Assembly: GCF_006345805.1 (NCBI RefSeq)
Contig: NW_021832273.1
Coordinates: 62,001 to 126,000 of the forward strand
Length of the DNA: 64,000 bases
Direction of reading: 5' to 3'
DNA from: Octopus sinensis
Lineage: Eukaryota
The translations under genes and the position numbers were made by a program. Shown here piece after piece: positions 41,690 through 54,046 of the stretch; position 1 is the stretch's first letter, and every line of letters begins with the position of its first letter. The notes beneath the pieces are model-generated. The model was not told where the DNA came from. It saw only the letters and a program-made list of their open reading frames with translations, and did not search any database.

Positions 41690-42870
41690 TGCACGGTGTT
41701 AGTCGCTCTGGATATCGAAAATGCATTCGATTCAGTACCGAGGAAAACTTCAACATCAAAAATTTTCTCCACTGGGATCCATCCGAAGATCAAGATATGG
41801 CTGGCAAACTTCCTTAATAGCAGAAGTGGACAGGTTATAATGAATAACCGAAAATCAAAACAACGATATCTCCCAAACGGGGTCCCACAAGGATTCTCCT
41901 TATAACCAATTATTTACAAGAGATCTCCCAAATCCAAACGACGAAGATACAATCCTTTTATCATACGCTGACAATCTAATTATTGCAGCAAAACATCAAG
42001 ATTACAAAGAAGCCACGCGGAAAGTTCAGGAGACGATTAATTGTATGAAGCCATGGTTTCTCAAAAACCGAATAAGATATCACCTGGGAAATCAAGCACT
42101 ACGATTATCTCTTCATACAGGAAACATACAGAACTGGACATACAAATAACTTGGGATGGACAACTAATCCCAGTTAAAAGGAACCCTTCAATCCTTTGAG
42201 TTACATTCGATCCATTAATGACGTTCAAAAATCAAGTGGAGTCACTGGTTTCACGAATCCAAAGAAGATCGGAATTCTCAAAGCTTTTGCCAGATCTCCA
42301 ATATCTTCTATTCCTCATTTTGAGTTATTATACAAACAATATATACTGCCTACAATTGAACACGCATGTGCGTCATGGATTATGCCACTGTCAATACGCG
42401 CACAAAACAAACTGGAAGTCGTACAGAACCAGTGCTTACGGATTTTACTGAAACGTGGTAAAATGAAGCTGACTTTGGAATTGAGAAATACACTCAACGT
42501 CAAAAAACTAATGGACCATCTTACAGAAAGACAGGACATCTTCTTAATGATGGCAAGATCTACCGGAGGTCCCTTTGAAGAGGAGTATCTTGCCTCCTTT
42601 GTCAAGATAATGCGGAGATCAACGTCCCATCATTTTGTGCCAAACGCGTAAAGTCGAATGCGTTTCAATTTGAAGCAAAAAATAATCAGGAGTCGGTTAA
42701 TTTTATTCATCTTGACAAAAGTCGTCTCAACTTATTTTATCGCTTAGATGTCCGAAAGCAGCCTCGGACGATGGACTCACTCGATGAAATATTGGGCGAG
42801 ACTATACGGCCTCATAAATAATTTGAATTATTGTGACTTGTTGAGAAACTCTTCGGTGTTTAGGGTCGAG
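41690..42870 (+). mobile_element. Jockey/I-like RT fragment (family F), frameshifted
   Basis: ALDIENAFDS, PNGVPQG, SYADN, YKQYILPTIEHACASW. Confidence 0.85.
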
Positions 42871-43491
42871 AGAATAAGACATAACTATGAAGATATTATT
42901 TACACTTGTAATTTTGCGTTGGTGAAACAAACACATACAAATAGATCTCAATAAATTACCGCAATGAAATTTATTAATTTTAAATATTAAAGATCTTGGG
43001 GAAACCCCGGTTGGGATTTGCTTTACTAGAAAATCAGTCTAGTGAAGTTTCAATGGTTTACCTATTCCTCTCGCTGAACGTTTGGTCGTAGATTAAATAC
43101 ATTTAGACTAAATACATTTGTAAACATTTTTAAATAAATCATTATTCATATCTTTAAGTAGCATATATTTTTATCAACCTTGGATATTTGTTATTTCGTT
43201 GAATCTATTTGATCATAGATATGGATATTTTCGATTATTAGGATTTTCATAAATATCGTGTCTCAGTAGGACATTGTCTCCTACGACTAAATCTTCATAT
43301 ACACTTTGTTGATTCAAACAATCGTCGTTGTTTTCGAAATAGTTATTTCTGATTGACTTAATTCCTCCGTTTCATTTCCTTTGGAGAATAATAACGCTGA
43401 TTCCGGAATTTGATTATTTCCTCATATGTTCAATCTAAAATAATTATGTAACAATCACTTCGATAGTTTGCAGTTTAAAATGCGTAATCAC

Positions 43492-44903
43492 TAGGGCAAC
43501 CAATTGCAATTTTTTGCAATTAAATATAATTTAATTAAAATTCGATAAATAATAAAGTAATGAATAGACATTAATTTTAATTATATTTTTATTCGATTTA
43601 AATTTGCAATTTTTTGCAATTTTTTGTAGTCATTTTACAATTTTTTGCAATTTTTTTAAATTAAAAAAAAAATTTTTTTATTAAAAAATAATATAATTAT
43701 AAGTAAAAGATTATTAAAACGTGTTTTAGTTGTTTGTTGTAATGGGTAAAAGGACAGTGTCACAGAAAATTTCATTTTATGCAAAGAAATTCCCCGAGTT
43801 TGTTATTGACAGTGAAGGGAATTTATTTTGCTCCAATTGCTCAACTGTTGTACGGTGTGACACAAAATTTTTTGTTGATGCGCACCGTTCTTCAAAAAAA
43901 CATTTAAAAGCACACAGTATTTCTTTGAATTTAAATTTATAGAATGGACAAATTCATCTCAGAGTTCACAAACATTTCTTTCGGCGATAACGGATACTCG
44001 AAAGGATTGGGGGATCAAAGTAACACAAGCGTTTTTGGAGGCAAACATACCAATTTATAAAATCAGACATCCTTCCCTCATACGGCTTTTTGAGCAGGAA
44101 ACATATCCTTTGCCATCTGAATCATCTTGCAGGTTAAATGTTAAAGAAATATCAAAATATAAAATTAATACCATTCAGACTCATTTACTGTTGTTTTTTT
44201 AAGTTATTCAATGTTTTCACGAATCGGAAATCCACCCGAAGTTGTGGTTACAAGATGGGGAAGCTGGCTAAAAGCAGCAAAATATTACTCCCAGAATCTT
44301 CCAGAAATTATTAAAATCGTATCTGAATTTGAAGGAGATGGAGTTTTAATACAAAATGTTTTAGTTTTTAATTATTTTAGGCAAAAAAATCAGTGAATAA
44401 TCCTACGTTGTTTCCAAGCTTAACCCAAATCAGTTCAAATTATTTGGGATTAATTGAAATGATTTCAAATACTGAATTGCTTGATTACTCCATTGCAACA
44501 GCTTATGGTGATCTAAACACCCTAGACTTTACATCAGATCCATGCGACATAAAATCCTATATATCAAAAAAGCTTGAGAAATCAGGAATACTAAGTATTC
44601 TTGAATTCTCAAATAAGAATCTATCGCCAGAAGTTTATTCACATCTCAGAAAATGTAGCGCAAGTTCAGCATCTATCGAAAGGGCAATATCTCTTTTGAC
44701 GAAAATTCTTAGTAAAGAGAGGAACTTTAAACCTGAAAATGTTCAGGAATATTTGATTTCCTATTACAATAAATAATTTCGTTAATTTTTTGCATAATGT
44801 AATGTTTACAATTAAAAAAAATTATTTTTGCAATTTTTTACAATTTTTAAAATTCATTTTTGCAATTTTTTTTATTAAAAAGTGCAATTTTTTGGTTGCC
44901 CTA
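43492..44903 (+). mobile_element. hAT with CGGBP-like zinc finger, internally deleted
   Basis: TIR TAGGGCAACCA / TGGTTGCCCTA; 8-bp TSD GTAATCAC at 43484-43491 and 44904-44911; LFCSNC..H..SKKH, TRWGSWL and SASIERAIS motifs. Confidence 0.95.
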
Positions 44904-45371
44904 GTAATCACTGGTTTTGTATTTTATGTATATTATCCCTTAGTCTTTAAAAATTAACTGTTCTGATAATTTTTTGTATCTTTTTTAGATTTCTCTAATT
45001 GGTTCATAAAAATAAATCTAATTGAACTTTTTTGATTATCCCAAGTTCATTTTTAGTAAGTTTAAGCAAAACCATTCCTGAAATATATATTTGATCAATA
45101 ATACTTATTATTTTTTCAAATAGGAAAACTTAGATAACCAAAACAATTTTGCACACTGGATTAATTCAAAAAAGACTTTGATAAATTACCAAAATAATTA
45201 AGAGCACTCAAAAATTTCTACAATATGCACAACTTTGCCAGTACCTGTCATTACTTTGAAAGGAAAGAGTCGGGCTTGCCCATCTAAATCATATGCGAAT
45301 AGCAAAAGTTACAAATAGATGGAAAAAATTATTTAAAGTTTAAAGCACAAATGATTTATAGATTGTAAAGA

Positions 45372-48300
45372 TTGTTTCCTGGGTTCTTGTGGGGCAAAAT
45401 TTATCCCGAAAGGAACTGGAAAAAGAAGAAAGAAAAAAGAGCCATCGAACAAATAGAGTGCGTAGAAACAGTCTCCAAGATGCAAGAACACAACACTACG
45501 CACATTATCCCTGTGAGAGTTGGTCTGGTGTGTTCTTCGTGCGGTTGTGGCAATGCACGCAAGTACGGGCTTTTCTGCTCGATTTGCGGGAACTTTTTCC
45601 ACCTCGGATGTGTAAGGATGTCCCGGCAGGCTGCATCCTCACTCAGTTTATGGAACTGCAATGTATGTATGGGCTTTGACCGGAAGACCCAGGCGAAAAT
45701 ATCGAATGAACCTGTCGTCTCTAGCGAGCCGTTGGATTTCGACAATACGGATTCTCTCCTGCTTTTCTTGTCTGAGCAAAGGAAGGCCAACAAGATTCCA
45801 CTTAAGATCCCGAGACCCGTCCGGATCCCTGCAGCTATATGCCTGGCTTCCGCTATTGACGATGCACTCACGTCCAACGACCAAGAGGCCTGGCTCAAAC
45901 TCTTCGGTTTCGCCCCGCTTGCACTTGGCATACCTTACACTGAGTCAAAGGAGCCACATCGGAACACTAGAGAAAGTTCCATGAATGGAAACTCACTTTC
46001 CTCAAAAATGAAGAAAAATATCCACGATTTCCAATCACGATCTATTAACAAAACGGAATTTTCAAAAGCAAAACATCCGGACGCCGATCATACGCTCTTT
46101 CGGAATTGCCCAGATACACTCGGAGAGAGAGTAAATCGTAAACTTCTTGAAGGAGACGTCCGAGCGGCGTTGCGGGTCGTTTCCAGCGACGATAACGTCC
46201 TGGCTCCAACACCTGAAGTCCTCGAGCAGATCAGACGAAAACATCCATGTCCGCCGGAAGATTACCGCCTATTCGTGCTCCCGGGAGATATGCCAAGGAC
46301 AACTATTACTGAAGGCGAAGTGCGCGCAGCATTTCGTCGTTCGCGGCGAGCAGCAGTGGAGGTCTCGATGGCTTGCGACCAGGTCACATCAAGGATCTCA
46401 CGGCTGGGGCTACTGCGGAGGCAGGCCGCAACCTTGTCAAATCAATCACAAGACTGGTTATGCGTATTTTGAACGGGGATGATCTGGACGCAAGGGAGCT
46501 TCTTTTCAGCGCACATCTACTTGGCTTCAAAAAACCCGAAGGTGGGGCCCGCACTATCGCGGTCGGGAACTACTTCAGAAGGCTAACAGCTAAAATTGCA
46601 TGCAGTCTTGTCTGTCCGAGAATATCTGAAGAATTCTCCCCCTTCCAACTCGGAGTTGGGGTAAAGAACGGATGTGAGGCGGCGGTGCATGCCGCAAGGT
46701 GCTTTTTCACACAGAAAAACGAACAAAATCCAAAAATGGGAGTCAAGCTTGACATCTGCAATGCCTTTAATTCACTGCGGAGGGATCAAATTTTCGAGAC
46801 TGTAAGCAAACGAGCCCCGGAACTCATTCCACTCGTCTACCTGGCCTACGGAACCAAGTCTTCACTCGTCTTTGCGGACAAGATTATCTATTCGGAGACT
46901 GGAGTCCAGCAAGGGGACCCGCTTGGTCCACTTCTCTTTGCGTTGGCAATCGACGAAACTGTACGTTCCATCAGCGCGGAACTAAACCTCTGGTATCTTG
47001 ATGATGCCACGATTGGAGGGCCGTGGGGAAAAGTTTTTGACGTTCTGTCACAAGCCGTGCCTGTACTACGAAAACTCGGACTTGATATAAATATAAAGAA
47101 ATCGGAGCTGATAAATATCACATACTCGGAAAGTGATTTTATCAACGTGGTCAAGTCTTTCAAATCGATATTACCTGGGATTACTGTCTTACCTCGGGAG
47201 AGGGCATACTTTCTTGGGTGCCCACTTGGCGAAAAGGAACTGCGGTGCCATCTGCTGGAAAAAAACAAGGGTCTTTCTAGAGTTACAGAGAAACTTTCCT
47301 TACTCAATGCTCATACTGCATTCTTCCTTTTGAAAAATAGCATTGGCTTGCCTAAACTCCAATACGCTCTCCGTTGTTCTCCCTGCTTGGAACATCGAGA
47401 CATTCTACAGACACTGGATAGGACTTTGAGAAGTTCAGCTGAATCGCTCTTGAACATCCACTTTGACGAACCTGGTTGGAATCAATGCAAGCTTCCTACA
47501 CGCATCGGAGGAACGGGTCTCAGGTCGGCGCTGGATTTCGCATTCCCGGCATATCTGTCATCGCTTTCAAGCTGCAGTCATCTCGTCCAGGAAATCCTAC
47601 GTAACACTACTGGACTCTCCTTGGACACAGTATTTGACAAGGTTTGCTTGCAATGGAAGGAAGCCGGACTTTCAATCCCAGATGATGTCTCGAGACAGAA
47701 TTGTTGGGACGCAATATCATGCAAGGCTGTCGTTGATGACCTGAAGCGGGAGTTGAACCAACACCGGCTCGTCTGTTTGCTATCCGGGGCACAGCACGGG
47801 AGTGGTGCATGGCTCCACGCATTTCGATGCAGTTCATTCGGTACGCTTATGGACGACGATTGTGTGAGAATCGGTGTTGCACAACGCTTGGGTCTTGACG
47901 TCTGTCAGGAACACAGATGCCGGTGTGGAGGAATAGTCGATTCCAAAGGACTACACCCTTTGTCTTGCAAGAGGAGTGCAGGTCGCGCTCCCCGCCATGC
48001 CGCACTCAACGACATAATACGACGGGCCCTCGAGAGCGCAGGATTTCCAGCACACCTGGAACCCATCGGGCTTGACCGGGGAGATGGCAGAAGGCCCGAT
48101 GGGATAACTCTTTTCCCGTACTCCCAGGGAAAATCACTCGCATGGGATGCGACGTGCGTAGGCACGTTCTCCCAGTCCATGATTCTTCGGAATATTCATT
48201 CGCCCGGTTGGGCTGCTAATGCAGCAGAAAAGGCGAAGATATCTAAGTATTTGGAGATCGGAAAACTTTTCCGTTTTGTCCCAATCTCGATAGAGACGTC

Positions 48301-48519
48301 TGGTGTAGTGGGATCCAAAACCGCGGAATTTCTCAAGGAAATTGGGGCGATGCTGGCTAAACGAAGGAGGGACAGTCGCGAGGGGTATTGGCTTCGCCAA
48401 CGTATCGGAATTGCAGTTCTTCGTGGCAACACGCACGCGATACTGGCTGCCGGGTTGTAAACTACGAAACAAAGTTAAAGATTGCTAAATTTTTTTTTTT
48501 TAATTCGAAAAACTAACGT
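45372..48519 (+). mobile_element. Near-complete CRE-type retrotransposon: PHD finger, RT and restriction-like endonuclease; one frameshift near 46337
   Basis: C4HC3 motif; QQGDPLGP, WYLDD; CRCG..HPLSC..RH..RPDG..WD; TSD GATTGTAAAGA at 45361-45371 and 48520-48530. Confidence 0.95.
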
Positions 48520-48797
48520 GATTGTAAAGAGTAATTTCTTTTACTCAACCATAGTTCTCAATAAGTTTACAAGTAAGATCAATAAAGATAAGTGTAGATT
48601 AAACAAATATTTATGCACGCTACACTCATATCATGTAACGGTAGGAGCCTAGCTAGTACTCAGACAGAAATTTCTTTATTAATTATACCGAATTTTTGAA
48701 TAGTTGATTATAATATTATACTTTTAATTAATTTATTAAACAAATTTAAATCTCGATCTATTGTTTTAACACTAGTTCGATGTGCAAAATATCTAAC

Positions 48798-49387
48798 ATG
48801 GGAGATTTACCAGATATAATTAATTTTGCAAATTGTAACCTCATTTAATCATAATTTTCTAGCTGGGCCTCAACAGGAAATCGGTCCACCTATTCGGATG
48901 ACACGACGCCGCAACAAAAAACAACCAAAAATAATAACAAAGCATTTTACCAGCAAAGTAAAGAATGATCTCAAATTTGGTCGTCAAGACATCCCACGTC
49001 AGGTAACCACAACTACCTTTAAACAGATGTTCTGGCAAAAAAGATTACAAAACTACTTTCCGTCCGATGAGCAATTTGGTCAAAAAATTAAATCCTGTCT
49101 TCCCGATGCGTTTGTTTGCACAGACTCAGGTCCCTCAGTCATGACATTGGCAGTGAGTGGAGCTCTCCAGAGTGTGGTGCACTGCCTTCACGAGGAACGT
49201 CACCATTTGGTTGGTCAACGGAATAATGGCGGAGATCTCTACGTCGATCCTGATCAGCCTTTGATTGCTGTTTGTGGGTTGAGTGAGGTCATAGAACTTT
49301 AATGTGACTGACGAGGACGTGGATGCTCAGCTCGAATATGTCAACTCCATCAGAGGAAAACTTGCTGGGTTTACACACAATTCGTGA
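48798..49387 (+). CDS. MBD2/3: MBD2/3-like protein lacking the methyl-CpG-binding domain (introns 48835-48862, 49003-49026, 49270-49294)
   Basis: Spliced product has PIR.T....QP..IT.H..SKVK.D....PRQMFWQKRLQ, YVDPDQPL and VTDEDVDAQLEYVNSIRGKL, matching the MBD2/3 MBDa and C-terminal coiled coil. Confidence 0.85.
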
Positions 49388-49958
49388 TGAAACTACTTTT
49401 TTGACAGTTCTCATTTTAGTGCGCTTTTGAGGCGATAATAGTGAGATATTAGAGAATTCTTTTTTGTTTGGATTTTGGTAGGTTTGAAGAATTTCCTTTT
49501 GACATTGGTGATTTACTTTTTTATCAATGTAGCCACGACTGTTTTTCTTATTTTTACCCACGTAAGTAACAGCCAGTCATTTTGGGTGATTTGAGAGTTG
49601 ATTTTGTGAAAAGCAAACGGTGGGTCTGGCGGGCGACGTTTGATGGGATACGCAGTTTTTCAATTACATAAAAATGGAGCTTTTGAAAATTTATAAAATT
49701 CTTTGTAAATATAGATTTGCCAGGGAAGTTTAAATAGCAATGTTTTTCTAAATTCAGACCGTCTGAACGGGCTAAGAAGAGAAAGAGTGAGAAATACGCT
49801 GGAACTGGGAACGGCAGAGTGTTTGTCCCCCAGGCTGTTAAGACGTCAGGAATACAGGGGCCTTCTATTTGGAGCCTACTCCTGCGAATTGGCTCACTAA
49901 TCGAAAGGGTTACCGGCGACCCGTGTGAGGACCGGTATTTGACCGAACGAATAGGCAT
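49289..49958 (-). CDS. Unassigned host gene candidate convergent with MBD2/3
   Basis: Two long adjacent minus-strand ORFs (134 and 90 aa); no motif recognised. Confidence 0.35.
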
Positions 49959-50635
49959 AGTCAGAGGGAATACTCTGGGTATCTGCTAATGACCAGTTTT
50001 CTCTTGTCCTTTTATTCATAAAATTAAAATAAAAAATTCAGACGTTGTTTTTGAAATCAAAATATCACATTTGTAGTTGAATGCATATATCATTTGTCGA
50101 GTTTTAGAACCTTCATGTAAAGTGACTAAATAATACTTATTTTGTTGTAGTCACCACTAGATTGTGTTGAACGACTAAAAATTTACTTTGCTAATTAAAT
50201 ATTTATGTGGAATGCCTTTAAAACACCCAATTATGACAGCTTGTGTCTGCTAGTCGCCCTTTGTGCAATTCTATCGTTGCATATGTAAATCTTAACATTA
50301 CTTACAAATCGTGATAAATGTACTTTTTCGTGAAAAATTCTGACTTTTTGTACTTTTACGAACTCAAATATTTAAAAAGAAGTCTTTTTGAAGGGGACTT
50401 GTATCGGTTTCTTTCAGGAGTGAACTGATACTCTTTTAGTCCTTGAAAAGTTTTAAAAGACAGTCAGCAGTATGCTTATGGAAGTCGGAAATCCTGCAAG
50501 TGATAAAAATACTGCACTTGGCTATAATTGCAGGTTTTTTTCCCTCGAAGTATACAATTCTCGAGAATATGGATTTTGAGTATATCAAAGATATTCAAAG
50601 AAAATGAATTATTCACACACAAGAAATAAGAACAG

Positions 50636-50856
50636 TTAATAGAGCCTCTTGGTTTCTCTCTCGCACTCCATGAGAGCAATCACGTCTCCCACACGCACAG
50701 GGCCCTTGACATTCCTGATTATACTGCGGTGGGCAGTGTTCATCAGGGTGACTCGCACTTGAGTGCACTGACCCTGCGAGCCTACTCTTCCCAGTACTTT
50801 GGTCACCTTCTATATTACTTAGTCGTCACCTGTCCTAATGCAGCAGGGGCATCCAT
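50636..50856 (-). CDS. RPS28: 40S ribosomal protein S28, 2 exons (intron 50807-50829, alternatively 50810-50829)
   Basis: MDAPAALGQ|[19 protein letters not shown]...[30 protein letters not shown]; absent from the supplied ORF track. Confidence 0.97.
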
Positions 50857-50952
50857 CACAACAATACTTAACGTGACTATATTTATTACAAATATTTAAT
50901 AATGAGAAAATATAAACAAATAATAGAAAAAGAATAAAGTAAGACTACTTAA

Positions 50953-51677
50953 TTAGAAGACACTCTGAGTGCTTGACTGGAGTGGTGAAGTAACGTTTGG
51001 GGACTTGTACGTTGTTGGCATCAAACAAGCGAATAGTGGAAGGATTTTCGGCCAGCCAGGGGTGTTGGAGGGCGAAGGAGAGGTGTTGTGGGTCATGAGT
51101 GGACTGTATATATTGCAGTATGCGTGGGGAGGGAGTGAAGTGTGATGGGGAAGAGGAAGGACACTTGTTGTGAGAGTACAGTCAGGCGGACACATCGACA
51201 GTCTGATTACAGTGTCGGCAGTGTTGTGGAGTTTGACAGTGGTGTGGAATGTGGACATCCCAGAGAACAAAAGGAATCTCGTCTCCTCTGTCTCCATGAG
51301 AGTACGGTATGCCCTGATTTCCGTGTCGAGGATGTCCTCGAATATTCCCTTCCCACTCCTCACTGATCTGTCAAACATGGCTGTCTCTCATTGTTTGAAG
51401 GGAGTTCTCCGCCTCTCTCCTCCCCAATGTCTCCTTCTCCAACTGATCACGTGTCACACTCAACTGCTTCTCCACAATCTCCAAGTCCCGCTTTAACTTC
51501 TTCACATCCTCACACGCCTCTTCCAGGGCTAACGACAGGCTCTCCATTTGTGCAGTCTTGTGACCCAACTGACTGCTCAGACTCCCTTCCTCAGTCTGGA
51601 CACATCGCACTCACTCGCCTCCAGTCTGCAATGTCACTCCACCCTCACTTTCCTCGCAGTTCCTCCCTTTCCGCCAT
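50953..51677 (-). CDS. Shortened lamin-like intermediate filament gene or pseudogene
   Basis: Coil 1b-like QLEKETLGRREAENSLQTM; IF rod-end LDTEIRAYRTLMETEETR; LTD-like VKLHNTAD; frame shift near 51385; 5' exon structure unresolved. Confidence 0.75.
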
Positions 51678-51799
51678 CAATCGAAAAAAATTTATTTTGT
51701 CTGCGGGAAAATTTAGTAAAGAAAATAATCAAAAGTTAGATGCTAGGGTAGGTAATGAAAAGTAGTCGAGATCCAACTATCTTTTTAGTTACTTACGTT

Positions 51800-52920
51800 G
51801 TCTGTTTATTATTATTATCCGCAACTTCCGTAGAAACATAATAGTTATATTTCCACACGTGCGGCACTTGAAACGATTTTCCAACCTCCCTGTTGCATGC
51901 TAGACTTCTCATTGCGTCCAGATCATCCCCATTTTTAAGCTTGCGGTTGATTGATTTGAGGTCAGCATCCAGCACCTCCGGTAGAGTAATGCGCGGGAGT
52001 CCCCGAAATTTCTTTCCACTAGCGGCAAAATATTTTTCCATTGCAAAGTTTGCGGGTGACATCTGGTCCATCCGTAGGACATGTCCGAACAGTCTCCATC
52101 GGGCTTCCATCACATCCAGAATTACAGGTTGCGCTGAGCATTTACGGTAAAGTGCCCCGTTGTTGATCCGGGTCGGCCATTGTACCCCACATAATATACG
52201 CAGTTGTCTTCGGTGGAAGGAGTTAAGGTTTTTAATTTCGGAAGCAGAGATCCCCCAACAGGAGGAGTTGTATAGCAAGACCGGTTCCACAAATGCATTG
52301 TAGAGGCGCAAACAAAGCGCAGTCGTTGCCGGCCTGTTAGCCACCCAATCCGTTTTCAGCCTGTTCAACGCGGCCGTCGATAGTACTTTCCTCCGGGTAA
52401 CGTCCTCACTATCTCCGAGGAGTGTGCCCAGTTTTCTGGAACGTCTCCATTCATCATCTAGTCTTGAACTCGTGCGTGCGACTTCCGTGATTTCCGTTTT
52501 GGTTGTGTTCACAGTGAGGAGCCATTTTCCAAGCTCTGCTGGGGCAACATTAAGTAACCGCCTCAGGGCTGCTGTGTCGTGTGATACAAAATCCACATCG
52601 TCAGCGTATACAATTTCGGTGATTTGCCCGTTATAGAAGAGCCTGAGACCACGCAGAGCCGCCTCCAGGTATATCACAAAAAGCAAAGGGGAAAGAGAGT
52701 CTCCCTGAGGGGTACCCACTGTCGTCGAAAAATTTCTGGATGACGTACTGTCAATTCTGTGTTCGACAATAGGACTTCTATCATCCTGACGCAGTCCCCG
52801 TCGAGGAATCCCCGCAAAACACTAATAAGTTTTCCTCGGCGAATTGTGTCGAAGGCTCTTGACATGTCGATCCCTAGAATTGTAATCGCACTCTCGAATC
52901 TTTGGCAAGTAGCGCAACGC
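51800..52920 (-). mobile_element. 5'-truncated RTE-like LINE (related to 34-35.7 kb)
   Basis: GIDMSRAFDTI, PQGDSLSPLLF, YADD; (TAA)n tail near 51808-51820. Confidence 0.92.
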
Positions 52921-53575
52921 CTTGAATTGACAGCACGCAGAATTCCAGCTTTTCTCAGACACACATTAGATTTTCTTTCCAAATCATACAGGAATCGGAA
53001 CAAGATGCATTCACTTCTGAACACGATTGAAGTGAGCTCTCTTCCAAGTTTATCTTTTGGTAAATATAGGCTCTCTTTATTTGCAGGCATTGAATGAAGT
53101 TTTGTCTCATAAAGAATACGCCGAACATCAACATCAATATCCTCAAACTCATGTGGTTCAATGTTGATTAGTCCAATATAATAATTGTAAAGTGATAGTG
53201 CGGATTCGTTAATTGCTTTGAACATATTTACTGCATTCAGTTTTGTGCTTGCCAAACCCTTAATTCTTTTTTTAACTTCATCGGAAATCTTTTCTAAAAT
53301 TTCCTGTTTTAGAGTGTTACTCCATTTATCCTCCAACACTCCAAGGTATCGATAACCTTCAGCTCCATCAAAATATTTTGCTTCCTTTGATAAACATTCA
53401 ACATTAGTAGCCGACTTTTCAATGTTTTTATTGAGTCCTGATGATTCAAAAAATAATTAAATATCATGCATCATCTTAATAATCGTGGCCTCTTCCTTGG
53501 CAAATATTTTTAGATCATCCATAAAAAGCAAATGATTAGTGGCATAGGTAATCATCGATGGACTAGACTGGCTAA
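52921..53575 (-). mobile_element. R4/Dong-like RT fragment
   Basis: NHLLFMDDLKIF, YRYLG, KLNAVNMFKAIN..., LH..PANKESLYLP...GREL. Confidence 0.8.
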
Positions 53576-53585
53576 TATGAACTGT

Positions 53586-53868
53586 TGAATGAATGAAGTT
53601 TATTGTAATTAACAGAGAAAGAGAAAGTGACAGGAATTAAGGACGGTGATAGGACGAGACTGATGCAAAGGCAACTGAACTCTTCTGAGCTTGCGTCCAA
53701 TTCATCTGTCGTGAGCCAGAGTTAATGGTGACTATGTTGCTGAATTGCTCCCTTCTAGCAGGAGCTCTTGCAGCATATCGATATCCACTCCAAGTAGGGT
53801 CAGGGCTCCTACACAACAGCGGAAGCATTCCAGTTGGGAATCTCTGTTGTGTAGGTCCTGATCCGAGT
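53586..53868 (-). mobile_element. Family-B gag-only derivative, 3' 283 bp, (TTCA)3 tail
   Basis: Near-identical reverse complement of about 59326-59610. Confidence 0.95.
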
Positions 53869-53881
53869 CGAATTTTTCCTA

Positions 53882-54046
53882 ATGTCTGGACGTGGTAAAG
53901 GTGGCAAAGGAGGAAAGAGTGGTGCAAAACGATTTCGAAAGATATTAATTGACAATATACAAGGAATTACTAAGCCAGCAATAAGAAGACTATGTCGAAG
54001 AGGGGGTGTTCAAAGAATTTCTGGAAAAATTCATGCAATTACAAGA
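53882..54046 (+). pseudogene. H4: Divergent histone H4 5' fragment (about 55 codons) fused in frame to LINE ORF1
   Basis: [48 protein letters not shown]..; AT-rich codons switch to GC-rich sequence at about 54047. Confidence 0.92.

Noticed and set aside
52674-53339. 221-aa ORF as a novel chimeric RT gene
   Set aside because: It is an in-frame junction between a Dong fragment and a 5'-truncated RTE; both parts are incomplete and the frame is lost soon after.
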